DNA of 64,000 nt, taken from positions 1,152,001-1,216,000 of the forward strand of contig CAVRCF010000005.1 of the NCBI GenBank assembly GCA_963719505.1. Direction: 5' to 3'. The stretch comes from Halobacteriovoraceae bacterium. Lineage in GTDB: Bacteria; Bdellovibrionota; Bacteriovoracia; Bacteriovoracales; Bacteriovoracaceae. Position numbers and translations under genes: made by a program. Of this stretch, positions 39,422-50,189 are shown piece after piece; positions within the stretch are counted from its first letter, which is position 1; the number at the start of each line of letters is the position of its first letter. The notes beneath the pieces were generated by a model. That model searched no databases, had not been told where the DNA came from, and was given only the letters and a program-made list of their open reading frames with translations.

Positions 39422-39449
39422 TAAAGCTGGAGTTAAAAACTTTCGATAA
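39422..39449 (+). promoter_or_regulatory. sigma-28 (FliA)-like promoter
   Basis: TAAAG...TTCGATAA (TAAA-N16). Confidence 0.45.
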
Positions 39450-39486
39450 AGAAGGCAACACAAGAATTTTGTGTGATGGAGATATT

Positions 39487-39777
39487 ATGAAAAACTTAAT
39501 TCTAATTTTAACTCTTTGTGTTATGGCAAAAGTAAGCTTTGCTGAACCGACGAATCCGAATCTCAATGCAGATTTAGATTTTCGATTTGATTCACAATAC
39601 TCGGAGCCTGAATCTGAAAGAGGTGTAGCCAACACAAAGCCAGAAGTTGATAAGCCTATTCCATCAATGGATAAAAAGGGCAATGTCAGAATGAAGGATT
39701 CGGAAAGAGATATCGCCTCTGATGAAGAGGTCTTTGAAAAAGTTAACGACAGTGGAATTCAGTACTGGAAATATTAA
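39487..39777 (+). CDS. Small secreted hypothetical protein
   Basis: GGAG SD, signal peptide (SFA/E), twice ER.(V/I)A, C-terminal IQYWKY. Confidence 0.75.
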   Translation: MKNLILILTLCVMAKVSFAEPTNPNLNADLDFRFDSQYSEPESERGVANTKPEVDKPIPSMDKKGNVRMKDSERDIASDEEVFEKVNDSGIQYWKY

Positions 39778-39794
39778 TGACATCAAGAGATCTG

Positions 39795-40916
39795 CTAAAG
39801 ACTAGCGATCTCTTGAACCTTCTGCTCAATTGAGACTATCTCAATCTGATTATCCCAAGTGTTGAGCTTTTCATATTCGGTTTTGAGTTGACCGCAGGCA
39901 GCCAAAATATCATCCCCCTTAGTTGCCCTTACCGTACAAGTAAATCCCTTCTTACACATTTGATCCATAAACCATAAAATTCTTTTCGTGCTAGGCCTTT
40001 TGTAATTACTGCCGGGATACTCATTGAAAGGAATAAGATTTATTTTTGATTCTTTTTGATACAAAAGTTCAGAAAGAGCTTGGACATCTTTGGGTTGATC
40101 ATTAAGCCCTTCAATCAGAAGATACTCATAAGTAATTCTACGATGAGCTTTAAGAGGAATCTCTTTTATCGCCTCAAACAAACGCTTTATATCGTAGACC
40201 TTGTTAATTGGCATCAGCTCTGTTCGGACATCGTCTTGAGCTGAATGTAGAGAGATCGCGATATTGACTGGTGGAAAGTCACCAAGCATTTTAATTTTGG
40301 GAACAAGACCGGAAGTTGAAAGTGTAATCCTTCTTTGTCCTAAACCAAAAGCCCTATCATTTAAAAAATTAATCGTCGCATTTTTAACATTTTCATAATT
40401 ATGAAGTGGCTCGCCTTGCCCCATATAAACGATGTTCGTAATTTTTTCATCTGCGTGAACATTCTCTCGAAGCCAGATGCTTAGGGATAAAAATTGTCCC
40501 GTCACCTCACCTGTTGTCAGGTGTCTTTTGAAACCCTGAGTTCCAGTATGGCAAAACGTACATCCAATAGCACAACCAACTTGGCTAGAAATACATTGAG
40601 TTAATCTATTTCTTGCAGGAATTAAAACAGTCTCTACTGTCTGCTTATCCTTTAACTGAACGAGAAACTTTCTCGTTCCATCAGTACTTTTTGCATGCCA
40701 GATTACCTTTGGCAGATCAAGATCCATTGTCTCGACGATGAAGGCTTTGCACTTTTTTGAAACATTGGTCCACATCTCAGGATCGATTTCCTTTTTCTTG
40801 TAGAGCCAGTCAAATATTTGAGAGGCTGAGAATTTAGAATACCCGTGGTCAAGAAGATGGGCTTCAAGTGACTCTTGAGTAAAATCAAAAAGGTTCGGAC
40901 GTTTTGTAGCTTTCAT
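39795..40916 (-). CDS. rlmN: 23S rRNA m2A2503/tRNA methyltransferase, radical SAM
   Basis: CISSQVGCAIGCTFC, MGQGEPL, ISLH, NLIPFN, DILAACGQL. Confidence 0.96.
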   Translation of the reverse strand: MKATKRPNLFDFTQESLEAHLLDHGYSKFSASQIFDWLYKKKEIDPEMWTNVSKKCKAFIVETMDLDLPKVIWHAKSTDGTRKFLVQLKDKQTVETVLIPARNRLTQCISSQVGCAIGCTFCHTGTQGFKRHLTTGEVTGQFLSLSIWLRENVHADEKITNIVYMGQGEPLHNYENVKNATINFLNDRAFGLGQRRITLSTSGLVPKIKMLGDFPPVNIAISLHSAQDDVRTELMPINKVYDIKRLFEAIKEIPLKAHRRITYEYLLIEGLNDQPKDVQALSELLYQKESKINLIPFNEYPGSNYKRPSTKRILWFMDQMCKKGFTCTVRATKGDDILAACGQLKTEYEKLNTWDNQIEIVSIEQKVQEIASL

Positions 40917-41012
40917 GGCCACAAGGTTTATAATGGTTGGAGCACTTGGTCAATGGTAATCTGTTGAAATTATAAAAATGATAGAGTGTAAGTCATTAAT
41001 TTTTCAAGGAAT

Positions 41013-41384
41013 CTAGTTAAAGAACTTGGTAAACATATTCTTCTTTTTGTTTCCGATCTCTGAGTTTTGAACATTAGTCCCATAGCGGCGAAATATCTCT
41101 CTAAACTGTTCTGTATCAAGGCAGGAATCAACCCCAATATTATAGTCTTCAATGGATAAGATATAACCCTCGGGAGCATCAGTTTCGGCTAGTACATCGA
41201 CGACAAATCGTCCAATTTCATCAATGCTTGAAAAATATAAGCCGTCTTCACTTCCAGGCTTTTTGAACTCACCATAAACAACATCAACAATCTTTTTTGC
41301 AACAGGCCCAACTTCATTGAAAAGTTGAATAATCTCATAAGTATTATTTTCAAATTTATAGAGAATATTAATTTCTTTTTGCAT
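41013..41384 (-). CDS. Hypothetical protein
   Basis: 123-aa ORF with AAGGA SD, 7 nt after upstream stop. Confidence 0.75.
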   Translation of the reverse strand: MQKEINILYKFENNTYEIIQLFNEVGPVAKKIVDVVYGEFKKPGSEDGLYFSSIDEIGRFVVDVLAETDAPEGYILSIEDYNIGVDSCLDTEQFREIFRRYGTNVQNSEIGNKKKNMFTKFFN

Positions 41385-41391
41385 CTAATCC

Positions 41392-43119
41392 TTATTCGAA
41401 ATATCCAAAGTCCACCGACACAGATCCGCCGGGCATAAGATCGATGTCAATACCAACTGGAGTTGACTTAACATCAGTGTTCATTTGATCAACAGTCTTG
41501 AGAAAAGCGTAGTTTTGGCTCGACCCGACAGAAGCTTTTTTTCTATAGGATGTCGGATTGTAAAAACTCACTCGCCTAATCTCCTCATAATTTAATTCAT
41601 AAGTATTGGAGCCTCTATGCTTCCACACGTACATTAAACCGTCTTCGATATCGAGTTTACAGGTTCTTAGTTTTAAAAACTTTATCATCGTTTGCCAAAA
41701 TGTGACTCTCTTCATGAGAGAAGTTTCTTCTAGCTTTGCACTATCATAGACGACAATTAATCCATCCCCCAAAGAGGCCTTTAGAAGTGGTGATGTAAAA
41801 TTTATTCTCTCCGTCTCGATACTATTTTCGGTAATAAAAAGATTCAATTTTTTTGATAATTCCTCTGTCATCCGGAAGCTATCTAAAAAAACTTTTCCTC
41901 CATTAAGAAAAAGTTTTAAAATCTGATTAAAATCAGTAACGGCCAGATTCTCTCCAAAAAAGAAATGAACTTTTTCGGAATCTTCATAGTCCTGTGGATA
42001 ATGAAATGACTTATTATAAATTCGATACATCCACTGATATTCTCTATCAAAGAAATATTTTAATGATGTTGACTCTATAAGGTTTGTAGATTGTGGGCAG
42101 TAGACTTTAAAAAGGACTTGTGGCTGATAACCGGTATGCAAATCTTCTTCATAGAGATCGTTGTTCAGATGGGTCTTGATAAGGCTTTGTGAAACAATAT
42201 CTTTCAGAGCTTTCTTTAAAACATTCGTCTTCATATTTTTAGAAAGCAAAACAGAGGAAGGAATAATGTCATTAACGAGGATTTCAAGAAGTGGTTTTAT
42301 AAACTGCGCTTCAGATTCCCATCTTTCAAATGATCGAGAGAAAATGTCATCAGGAGATCCACCAAGACAAGAAAACTGAAGCTCACCTGACCAATTTGCC
42401 GTAATTGTCTCTTTTGCAGCATCTAGATACAAGCTCTTCACCAAAAGAGAATAATCTTCCTTTAAAGTCTGCTCATACTCTTTATGCGCCTTCAATTTTT
42501 CTATTTTTTCAGGTTCACTTTGCTCAATCTGTCCTAGGTATCGATGAAAGCCTTTATCAAAAGTTAAAGAATAGTCTCTAAAATAAGACTCAAATTGGTT
42601 ATCTTTAAGGTAACCAAAGTCGGCTCCAAAAACTTCTTTATTGAATCCATTTTGGGAAAGAAATTGTCCTAAATTCCAAGTGAACTTTCTAAAACTTTGA
42701 AAGATTCGTGGATCATAAAAGGAGAACAGCTTGTTTAGCCTCTTCTCATTGTCCACCACTGTCAGGATTCTTCCATCTTCTCCACACATAAGAGAGCGAG
42801 AAAGATGGCTTGGTAGACCCCCATTTGTCAAAAATGGACAAGGAGTAATAGGAAGAACCAAGATGATTTCTTTTCCATAGCGCTGTGCCAGTGTGAAAAG
42901 TCTTTTCAGATCCGTCTCTGGTCTATTTGTACCAAAGTCGAACTGATCTGGATTTTCACAGTGAAGACCCCAGTAGATTGGGACAAAGATAGGAGAAAGG
43001 TAATTATATTCTTGAAACTTAGTTTCCCAAAGAGCCGGTGAAGTCTTCCAATAGAAAAACCAATTTTCCCCTGGGAAAACTGAATCGTACTCTTTTAATT
43101 CAGGCGTTGTCAGCTGCAA
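41392..43119 (-). CDS. GH35/GH42 beta-galactosidase-like protein, degenerate
   Basis: VPIYWGLHCENPDQFDF, DLKRLFTLAQRYG, NGGLPSHL; TTG start after GGAG. Confidence 0.65.
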   Translation of the reverse strand: MQLTTPELKEYDSVFPGENWFFYWKTSPALWETKFQEYNYLSPIFVPIYWGLHCENPDQFDFGTNRPETDLKRLFTLAQRYGKEIILVLPITPCPFLTNGGLPSHLSRSLMCGEDGRILTVVDNEKRLNKLFSFYDPRIFQSFRKFTWNLGQFLSQNGFNKEVFGADFGYLKDNQFESYFRDYSLTFDKGFHRYLGQIEQSEPEKIEKLKAHKEYEQTLKEDYSLLVKSLYLDAAKETITANWSGELQFSCLGGSPDDIFSRSFERWESEAQFIKPLLEILVNDIIPSSVLLSKNMKTNVLKKALKDIVSQSLIKTHLNNDLYEEDLHTGYQPQVLFKVYCPQSTNLIESTSLKYFFDREYQWMYRIYNKSFHYPQDYEDSEKVHFFFGENLAVTDFNQILKLFLNGGKVFLDSFRMTEELSKKLNLFITENSIETERINFTSPLLKASLGDGLIVVYDSAKLEETSLMKRVTFWQTMIKFLKLRTCKLDIEDGLMYVWKHRGSNTYELNYEEIRRVSFYNPTSYRKKASVGSSQNYAFLKTVDQMNTDVKSTPVGIDIDLMPGGSVSVDFGYFE

Positions 43120-43185
43120 ATAAACTCTCCATGTCCTTGAACTTAAATTTTAAGGATAAAGAATTAATATGTACAGCTAAACACT

Positions 43186-43536
43186 CTATTTTCGTTTTAT
43201 GACTTCTTTTATAACTTCAAATTGGAAGGGATCCTCACCCATATCAATGGTATTGGAGACTATCTTGATTTTAAGTCGACTTTCACCGTCACAATAGGTT
43301 TTGTAAGAGGTTCTGCTTGATAGAGTAGAGAATTTAACCTTGGCACTTTCTGAGCAACTGACACCATACTTTGCCTCCACATCACTTACAAAGTCAGTCA
43401 CAATTTGGGACGATCTATAATCTGATTGCGCTCTTTGAGAGTAGCGCGCCAATTCTTCAAGGCCTATTGGATTAAAGACCTGGCATAGTGAACTAACTGA
43501 ATAAATGAGGACACCCACTGTAATTAAGCTTTTCAT
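43186..43536 (-). CDS. Secreted hypothetical protein
   Basis: ATG 43536 after AAGGA; signal peptide; paired Cys. Confidence 0.7.
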   Translation of the reverse strand: MKSLITVGVLIYSVSSLCQVFNPIGLEELARYSQRAQSDYRSSQIVTDFVSDVEAKYGVSCSESAKVKFSTLSSRTSYKTYCDGESRLKIKIVSNTIDMGEDPFQFEVIKEVIKRK

Positions 43537-43679
43537 ATAAAATCCTTGTTTTGTTGTGCACTGCAGCATACATCAATATCGTGAGCTCTTTGGACAAAAG
43601 CACGATGCTTGAAAAATTTATACAAATATCGTATCTCTTCTCTTATAATGGCATTCAAACATTTAAAAGGACTCTAACT

Positions 43680-44819
43680 ATGTGGTATTTCTCAGAAGAA
43701 GATAAACAATTACAAAAAGTATGTCGCGATTTTGCTCAAAAAGAGATCGCCCCTTTTGCTGAAAAACACGACACAGACGAAACCTTTAATATAGAAGCAT
43801 TCAAAAAGATGGGAGAACTTGGGCTCCTTGGTATAACAGCTGATCCTGAATACGGTGGCGCGGGCCTTGGAGCAACGTCAGCGACAATCGTCATGGAAGA
43901 GTTTGGAAAAGCATGTCCTGCTCTTACTCTGTCCTATCTTGCTCACTCTATGCTTTGTGTAAACAATATCAATAGTAACTGCTCCGCTGAGCAAAAAGCA
44001 AAATACCTTCCAAAGCTCATCACCGGTGAGCATATTGGAGCGATGGGTATGAGTGAGCCTGGGTATGGTTCAGATGCAGTTGGTATGAAGTGTAAAGCTA
44101 CCAAGAAAGATAATTCTTATTCAATTACTGGAAATAAAATGTGGATAACAAATGCTCAATACGCAGATGTTGTTTACCTTTATACTCGTACTGGTCAGAA
44201 CAAAAAAGATTTAACCAGTTTTATTGTAGAAAAAGGAACTCCCGGATTTGAAGTCTCGAAAGAAATTCATAAAATGGGTATGAGAGGAAGTCCTACAGGT
44301 GGATTAACTTTTGAAAATGCAATTGTTCCTGAAGAAAATCGTGTTGGTGCAGAGGGAGACTCAGTCAGTCACATGATGAGAAATTTGGAAATTGAAAGAC
44401 TTACTATTGCCGGAATCTCTCTGGGTGTTGCTCAGGCATGCGTTGATCAATGTATAAAGTATGCAAATGAGAGAGAGCAATTTGGAAAGACATTAGGTAA
44501 CTTTCAACTTATTCAAAAGATGATCGCTGAAATGGCCAGTGAAACAGAAATGATGAGATCCTTTTTATACGACTCTTGTAAATTATGGGATGAAGGTAAG
44601 GTTTCTAATACTCGAGCTTCAATGGTTAAATTACAACTTCCAAAGATGGCCACAAAGATTGCACTCGATGCTATCCAACTTCACGGCGGATATGGTTACT
44701 CAAGAGAGTTTCCAGTTGAAAGATTAATGAGAGACAATAAACTTAATGAAATTGGTGCGGGAACAAACGAAGTAATGATCATGATCATTGCGAAGAATTT
44801 ATTGAGAGAAGCTAAGTAA
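43680..44819 (+). CDS. ivd: Isovaleryl-CoA dehydrogenase-like acyl-CoA dehydrogenase
   Basis: LSYLAHSMLC, MSEPGYGSD, KMWITN, KMGMRGSPT, EIGAGTNE (IVD-type); ATG 43680. Confidence 0.85.
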   Translation: MWYFSEEDKQLQKVCRDFAQKEIAPFAEKHDTDETFNIEAFKKMGELGLLGITADPEYGGAGLGATSATIVMEEFGKACPALTLSYLAHSMLCVNNINSNCSAEQKAKYLPKLITGEHIGAMGMSEPGYGSDAVGMKCKATKKDNSYSITGNKMWITNAQYADVVYLYTRTGQNKKDLTSFIVEKGTPGFEVSKEIHKMGMRGSPTGGLTFENAIVPEENRVGAEGDSVSHMMRNLEIERLTIAGISLGVAQACVDQCIKYANEREQFGKTLGNFQLIQKMIAEMASETEMMRSFLYDSCKLWDEGKVSNTRASMVKLQLPKMATKIALDAIQLHGGYGYSREFPVERLMRDNKLNEIGAGTNEVMIMIIAKNLLREAK

Positions 44820-44845
44820 ATCAGAGGTAAAAACGAACGTCATCT

Positions 44846-45668
44846 CTAATTTAGATTTTTATAAATCCAATTTTCAATATTATTAACCATCCATACTGGT
44901 GCATCTATAGGAATACCATGCCCAGAAGTCTGATGGAGAGCAAGATCAGTATTAAAGAACTCAGCGACATCCTTTATACACTCGGCAGAGGTTAACTTAT
45001 CTCCATATGATCCCAAGCTCAAAATGGGAAGATTAGGTTTTATAAGGCTTGGCTGATAGGTCAACCCGGCGATTGTCTGCTTGAGTATATTTGCAGTCGT
45101 CATTGGCCTCTTACGCTGAACCTCTATCCAATCTTTGAGATTCCTGTCAAAGTTTTCTTCATCATTAGAATTGATGCTTAAGATTCTTCTCTCTTTTTTT
45201 TCTAAACTCAAAGAGAGACCTATACCTATCGTTTTTGGGTAAGATGAAAGTTGAATTCTCTCATTAGCCTTGCATACTTTCTTAACTCCAGATGAGGACA
45301 AAACGAGACCATCAAAATCATTCTCGTACTTGGCAACCCACTCCATCATCATCATGCCTGCAAGAGAAGTTGCTATCACTATTTTTTGGTTATTCGCTGC
45401 CTGTATTTTCTGTTTGTAATGAGATCTTGTTTGCTCCATTAATTCATTCATATCACTTGAAGCTTTATCTTTATAGAATATACCTGAACCTGGAAGATCC
45501 ATATAAGTTACTGTCGATCCTGGAAACTTTGACTTTAGTTCCGTTTTCAAAGCTACTTCCCCAATGACCAGACTCTCTCGTTAATCCTCGAATAAGAAAA
45601 AAATCATAAGGAACGCAAAATGCACTTAGAGAATGCAGACAAAGTATGAGAGCTATTGTTTTTAACAT
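44846..45668 (-). pseudogene. Secreted alpha/beta hydrolase interrupted by a single-base frameshift near 45545
   Basis: Frame 1: signal peptide plus LIRGLTRESGHWG; frame 2: DLPGSG, ATSLAG nucleophile elbow, GDKL, SGHGIP. Confidence 0.75.
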
Positions 45669-45758
45669 CTTGATAATGTCCTAAAACTGGATATTGTCCC
45701 AAGATTGATGTTGTTAAAAGACTTAAGAAATATCTGTTAATAATAATTACCTTTATTA

Positions 45759-45775
45759 AGCAAGTGAAATGCCAA
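45759..45775 (-). promoter_or_regulatory. sigma-54 -24/-12 promoter
   Basis: TTGGCAT-TTCAC-TTGCT on minus strand about 90 nt upstream of the hydrolase ATG. Confidence 0.7.
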
Positions 45776-46049
45776 CTTTCACTTCACTTTGATTACGTAA
45801 TATCAATAGGCTATATCCTTTCGAAGCTCAAAATTTTTGACAATTAGCCAAAAAAAATACGATTTTGAACAGCCATTGGTCAATTATTTATAAGGATGAT
45901 TAAAGAGAAAAGTCTAAGACGACATAATTCTGCTCAGGAAGAACTGATGGAAAGTATAGCTAGCAAGCGAGAGATTCAGTTGATTGGTTTCAGATTAGAA
46001 ATGGAATTTTTGTGAAAGATATTCTTACAGCTAGCGCTTCAAAATAACG

Positions 46050-46095
46050 ATACACATCTGGTCCGCCAAGGGGGCAAAGCAGACCAGAGGTGTAT
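46050..46095 (-). other. Long stem-loop immediately 3' of small acidic gene
   Basis: ATACAC-C-TCTGGTCTGC-loop TTTGCCCCCTTG-GCGGACCAGA-T-GTGTAT. Confidence 0.6.
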
Positions 46096-46099
46096 ATGT

Positions 46100-46363
46100 C
46101 TATTGGAGAATATCTGGAAAGACATCCGCCAAAGTTTTACGAGGGATCTCATCATCTGAACTTAGCTTATGAGCTATCGGTATAAAATGGTCAGTGTACT
46201 CTTGTTCATCAAATACTCGATCATCTTCTTCAAATTCATCAAAATAGACATAATCGTCTTCAAAAAAATCCTCTAGGGATAGTCCTTCTTTTCCGATACT
46301 AAGATCGTTTTGTGTTGAATTTCTTTCTGTAATACCTTCGTGGTTTTTGTACATAAATGGCAT
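46100..46363 (-). CDS. Small highly acidic hypothetical protein (87 aa)
   Basis: AAGGAG SD; EDFFEDDYVYFDEFEEDDRVFDEQE. Confidence 0.75.
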   Translation of the reverse strand: MPFMYKNHEGITERNSTQNDLSIGKEGLSLEDFFEDDYVYFDEFEEDDRVFDEQEYTDHFIPIAHKLSSDDEIPRKTLADVFPDILQ

Positions 46364-46609
46364 AAAAGACTCCTTGAAAAAAGCTTTATAATGTATGTGA
46401 GATAGAAACTCATTTTCTATCTAGTAATAGGTTATTCTAGTTTTTGACGGGGGTGTTTTAGGGTTGTTTACGGATTTGTAAACAATAGTACACGATGGTT
46501 TTAATGAGCATCTAAGAGTCCGAATTTATTGTCTTTTTAAGCTATAGAAAATAAAGAAAAGTAAGTATTTGAGATAAAATTTGGGGCGTTTTTTAGGTTC
46601 TTTAGTGGG

Positions 46610-46640
46610 AAAAAGACTCCCCCTTTGAAAGGGAGAGCCT
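46610..46640 (-). terminator. Intrinsic terminator of fadBA
   Basis: Minus strand AGGCTCTCCCTT-TCA-AAGGGGGAGTCT then TTTT. Confidence 0.8.
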
Positions 46641-46653
46641 AGAGTTTATTTTT

Positions 46654-47829
<1,176 letters not shown>

Positions 47830-47862
47830 TTATTTTAGTTTCAAAAAATGGTTTCTATCGTT

Positions 47863-50007
47863 TTAGTGGTTGTAATAACCTTCACCTGAATTTGCCTTAG
47901 CCGCAAATCCCTCAGTTGGTTCATACATTTTTCCAAGTTCCTTATATTTACTTGTTTTATCCACGATGTTCTTTAAACCAACAGTATCAGCATACTTGAG
48001 GGCTCCCGTTCTAAAAGGAGGAAAACCTAAACCGAGAAGAAGTCCCATATCAACTTCTGTCGCTGTATTGACGATATTTTCTTCCAGACATCTTGCACAT
48101 TCAAAAATCATCGGAAACATCATTCTCTCGACAATCTCTTCATCAGTGACTTCGACCTTTCTTTTGACGACTTTATCGACAATGGCTTGAGTTCCAGCAT
48201 CGACCACTTTCTTCAGTTTTCCTTTTCTATCGAGTTCATATTTATAGAAGCCGATTTTATTTTTTTGACCAAGTCTTTTTTCTTTGTGCATAACCTCAAC
48301 AATCGTGTCGCGATCAAGCTTCATTCTATCTGGAAATGCATCACCAATAATTGCAGCCGCGTGATCACCAGTATCAATTCCGACAACATCCATTAAATAC
48401 GCCGGTCCCATAGGCCATCCAAATTTTTCCATAACCTTATCAATTCTTTGATAATCAACTCCATCTTCGATGAGAAGATTAAATCCATTAAAGTATGGAA
48501 AGAGAACTCTATTGACTAGAAATCCTGCACAGTCATTAACCACAATGGGTGTCTTTCCCATCTGAATGGCATACTGAACAGTTTTTGCAATTGTTTCTTC
48601 GCTTGTTTTCTCGCCTCGAATAATTTCAACCAAAGGCATTCTGTGAACAGGATTAAAGAAGTGCATCCCACAAAAATTCTCTGGTCTTTTAAGATCTTTT
48701 GCAAGTTCTGTTATTGAGATCGTCGAAGTATTTGAAGCTATGACCGCATCCTCTCTCACTTTTGATTCGAGATCTTCTAGGACTGATTTTTTAATTTTTA
48801 TATTTTCAACGACAGCTTCAACAATAGTGTCAACAGATTGAAAATCTCCATAGCTTAGAGTTGGAGTGATCTGACTAATTGTTTTGGCCATTTGTTCAGG
48901 ACCAATTTTTCCAATCTTAATTAATTTTCCTAAAAGCTTAGTCGCCTCACCCATCCCTAACTCAAGAGCGGGATCATTGATATCTTTCATGATGATAGGC
49001 GTTCCCTTACTGGCCGATTGGTAAGCAATTCCGCCCCCCATAATACCAGCTCCAAGGACAGCAGCCTTTTTCGTTTTCGCAACATCTTTTGTTAGCTTCT
49101 TACTTACCTTTTTAAGAAATTGATCTCCTAAAAAAACACTCACAAGACTTTCAGCTTGCGGGGTATGGGCAAGTGTTGCAAAGGCTTCTGCTTCAATATC
49201 AATCGCTGCGTCTCTTTCAAGAGTGCAAGCTTGTTGCATAACTTCGATGGCCTTAACTGGTGCCGGATAATTTTTTCCGGCCATCCCTAAAACAAAACCT
49301 TTCGCTGTTTCAAATGTCATTGCCGCTTCAGTTTTATTTAAACGAAGAGGTTTCAGTTTTACCTCTTTTTTCTTTTTCCAATCTAGCTCACCATCCATCG
49401 CTCTTTTTAGAGTCAAGAGAGCTGCTCTTTCTAGGTCAGAGGCAGCAACCACACCGTCAACGATTCCTACTTTTAAAGCATCTTCAACTTTGTACTGCTT
49501 ACCACTTGTGATCCATTCAATAGCATGATCAGCTCCTGCTATACGAGGAAGCCTTACACTTCCACCCCAACCTGGCATGATTCCTAGCTTTGTTTCAGGA
49601 AGTCCAATTTTTGCTCCAGCACTTGCGATTCTATAATCAGCCGTCAGACACATTTCAAGTCCTCCACCAAGAGCAAATCCATTAATCGCAACGACAGATG
49701 GAATAGATAAATCTTCAAATCCATTCATTGTCTTATTCATCTGAAGAATCCATCCTTTGATGTCTTCGTGATTTCTTTTAAAGTGGGTCATAAACTCTGT
49801 AATATCTGCACCAAAAATAAAGTGCTCTTTTGAACTTTTCATCAAAAGGCCTTTCGCTTTCGAACCTTGAATAGCCTCAAGAGCTTTTGGCAGTTCTTCC
49901 ATCATAAGATTACCTATGACATTGGCTCCGCTGTCTTTAATATTAAAATTCATGTGGGCAACATCATCTTTCAATTCAATTTGAATTGCCTTTCCATCAA
50001 ATAGCAT
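47863..50007 (-). CDS. fadB: Fatty-acid oxidation multifunctional alpha subunit
   Basis: GADITEF, ALGGG.E, GLPETKLG, GAGIMGGGIA, SNTSTI, GMHFFNPVH. Confidence 0.95.
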   Translation of the reverse strand: MLFDGKAIQIELKDDVAHMNFNIKDSGANVIGNLMMEELPKALEAIQGSKAKGLLMKSSKEHFIFGADITEFMTHFKRNHEDIKGWILQMNKTMNGFEDLSIPSVVAINGFALGGGLEMCLTADYRIASAGAKIGLPETKLGIMPGWGGSVRLPRIAGADHAIEWITSGKQYKVEDALKVGIVDGVVAASDLERAALLTLKRAMDGELDWKKKKEVKLKPLRLNKTEAAMTFETAKGFVLGMAGKNYPAPVKAIEVMQQACTLERDAAIDIEAEAFATLAHTPQAESLVSVFLGDQFLKKVSKKLTKDVAKTKKAAVLGAGIMGGGIAYQSASKGTPIIMKDINDPALELGMGEATKLLGKLIKIGKIGPEQMAKTISQITPTLSYGDFQSVDTIVEAVVENIKIKKSVLEDLESKVREDAVIASNTSTISITELAKDLKRPENFCGMHFFNPVHRMPLVEIIRGEKTSEETIAKTVQYAIQMGKTPIVVNDCAGFLVNRVLFPYFNGFNLLIEDGVDYQRIDKVMEKFGWPMGPAYLMDVVGIDTGDHAAAIIGDAFPDRMKLDRDTIVEVMHKEKRLGQKNKIGFYKYELDRKGKLKKVVDAGTQAIVDKVVKRKVEVTDEEIVERMMFPMIFECARCLEENIVNTATEVDMGLLLGLGFPPFRTGALKYADTVGLKNIVDKTSKYKELGKMYEPTEGFAAKANSGEGYYNH

Positions 50008-50189
50008 TACTTCTCCTTAAGCTTGAAATATTATCCCCCGTATTATCACGTCAAACTGATTTTTAATCAATGCGCAGGCGCTTATGTCTAAAGTATTCCC
50101 GTTAACACACTGCTCTTGGATACCCTTATCTCACTTTTTTTGATATAAATTCGCAAAATTAAATGTCAATTTAGAGCACGGAGTCAAAA

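Noticed and set aside
45896-46015. 39-aa plus-strand ORF (MIKEKSLRRH...)
   Set aside because: AAGG directly abuts the ATG with no spacing, and there is no recognisable motif.
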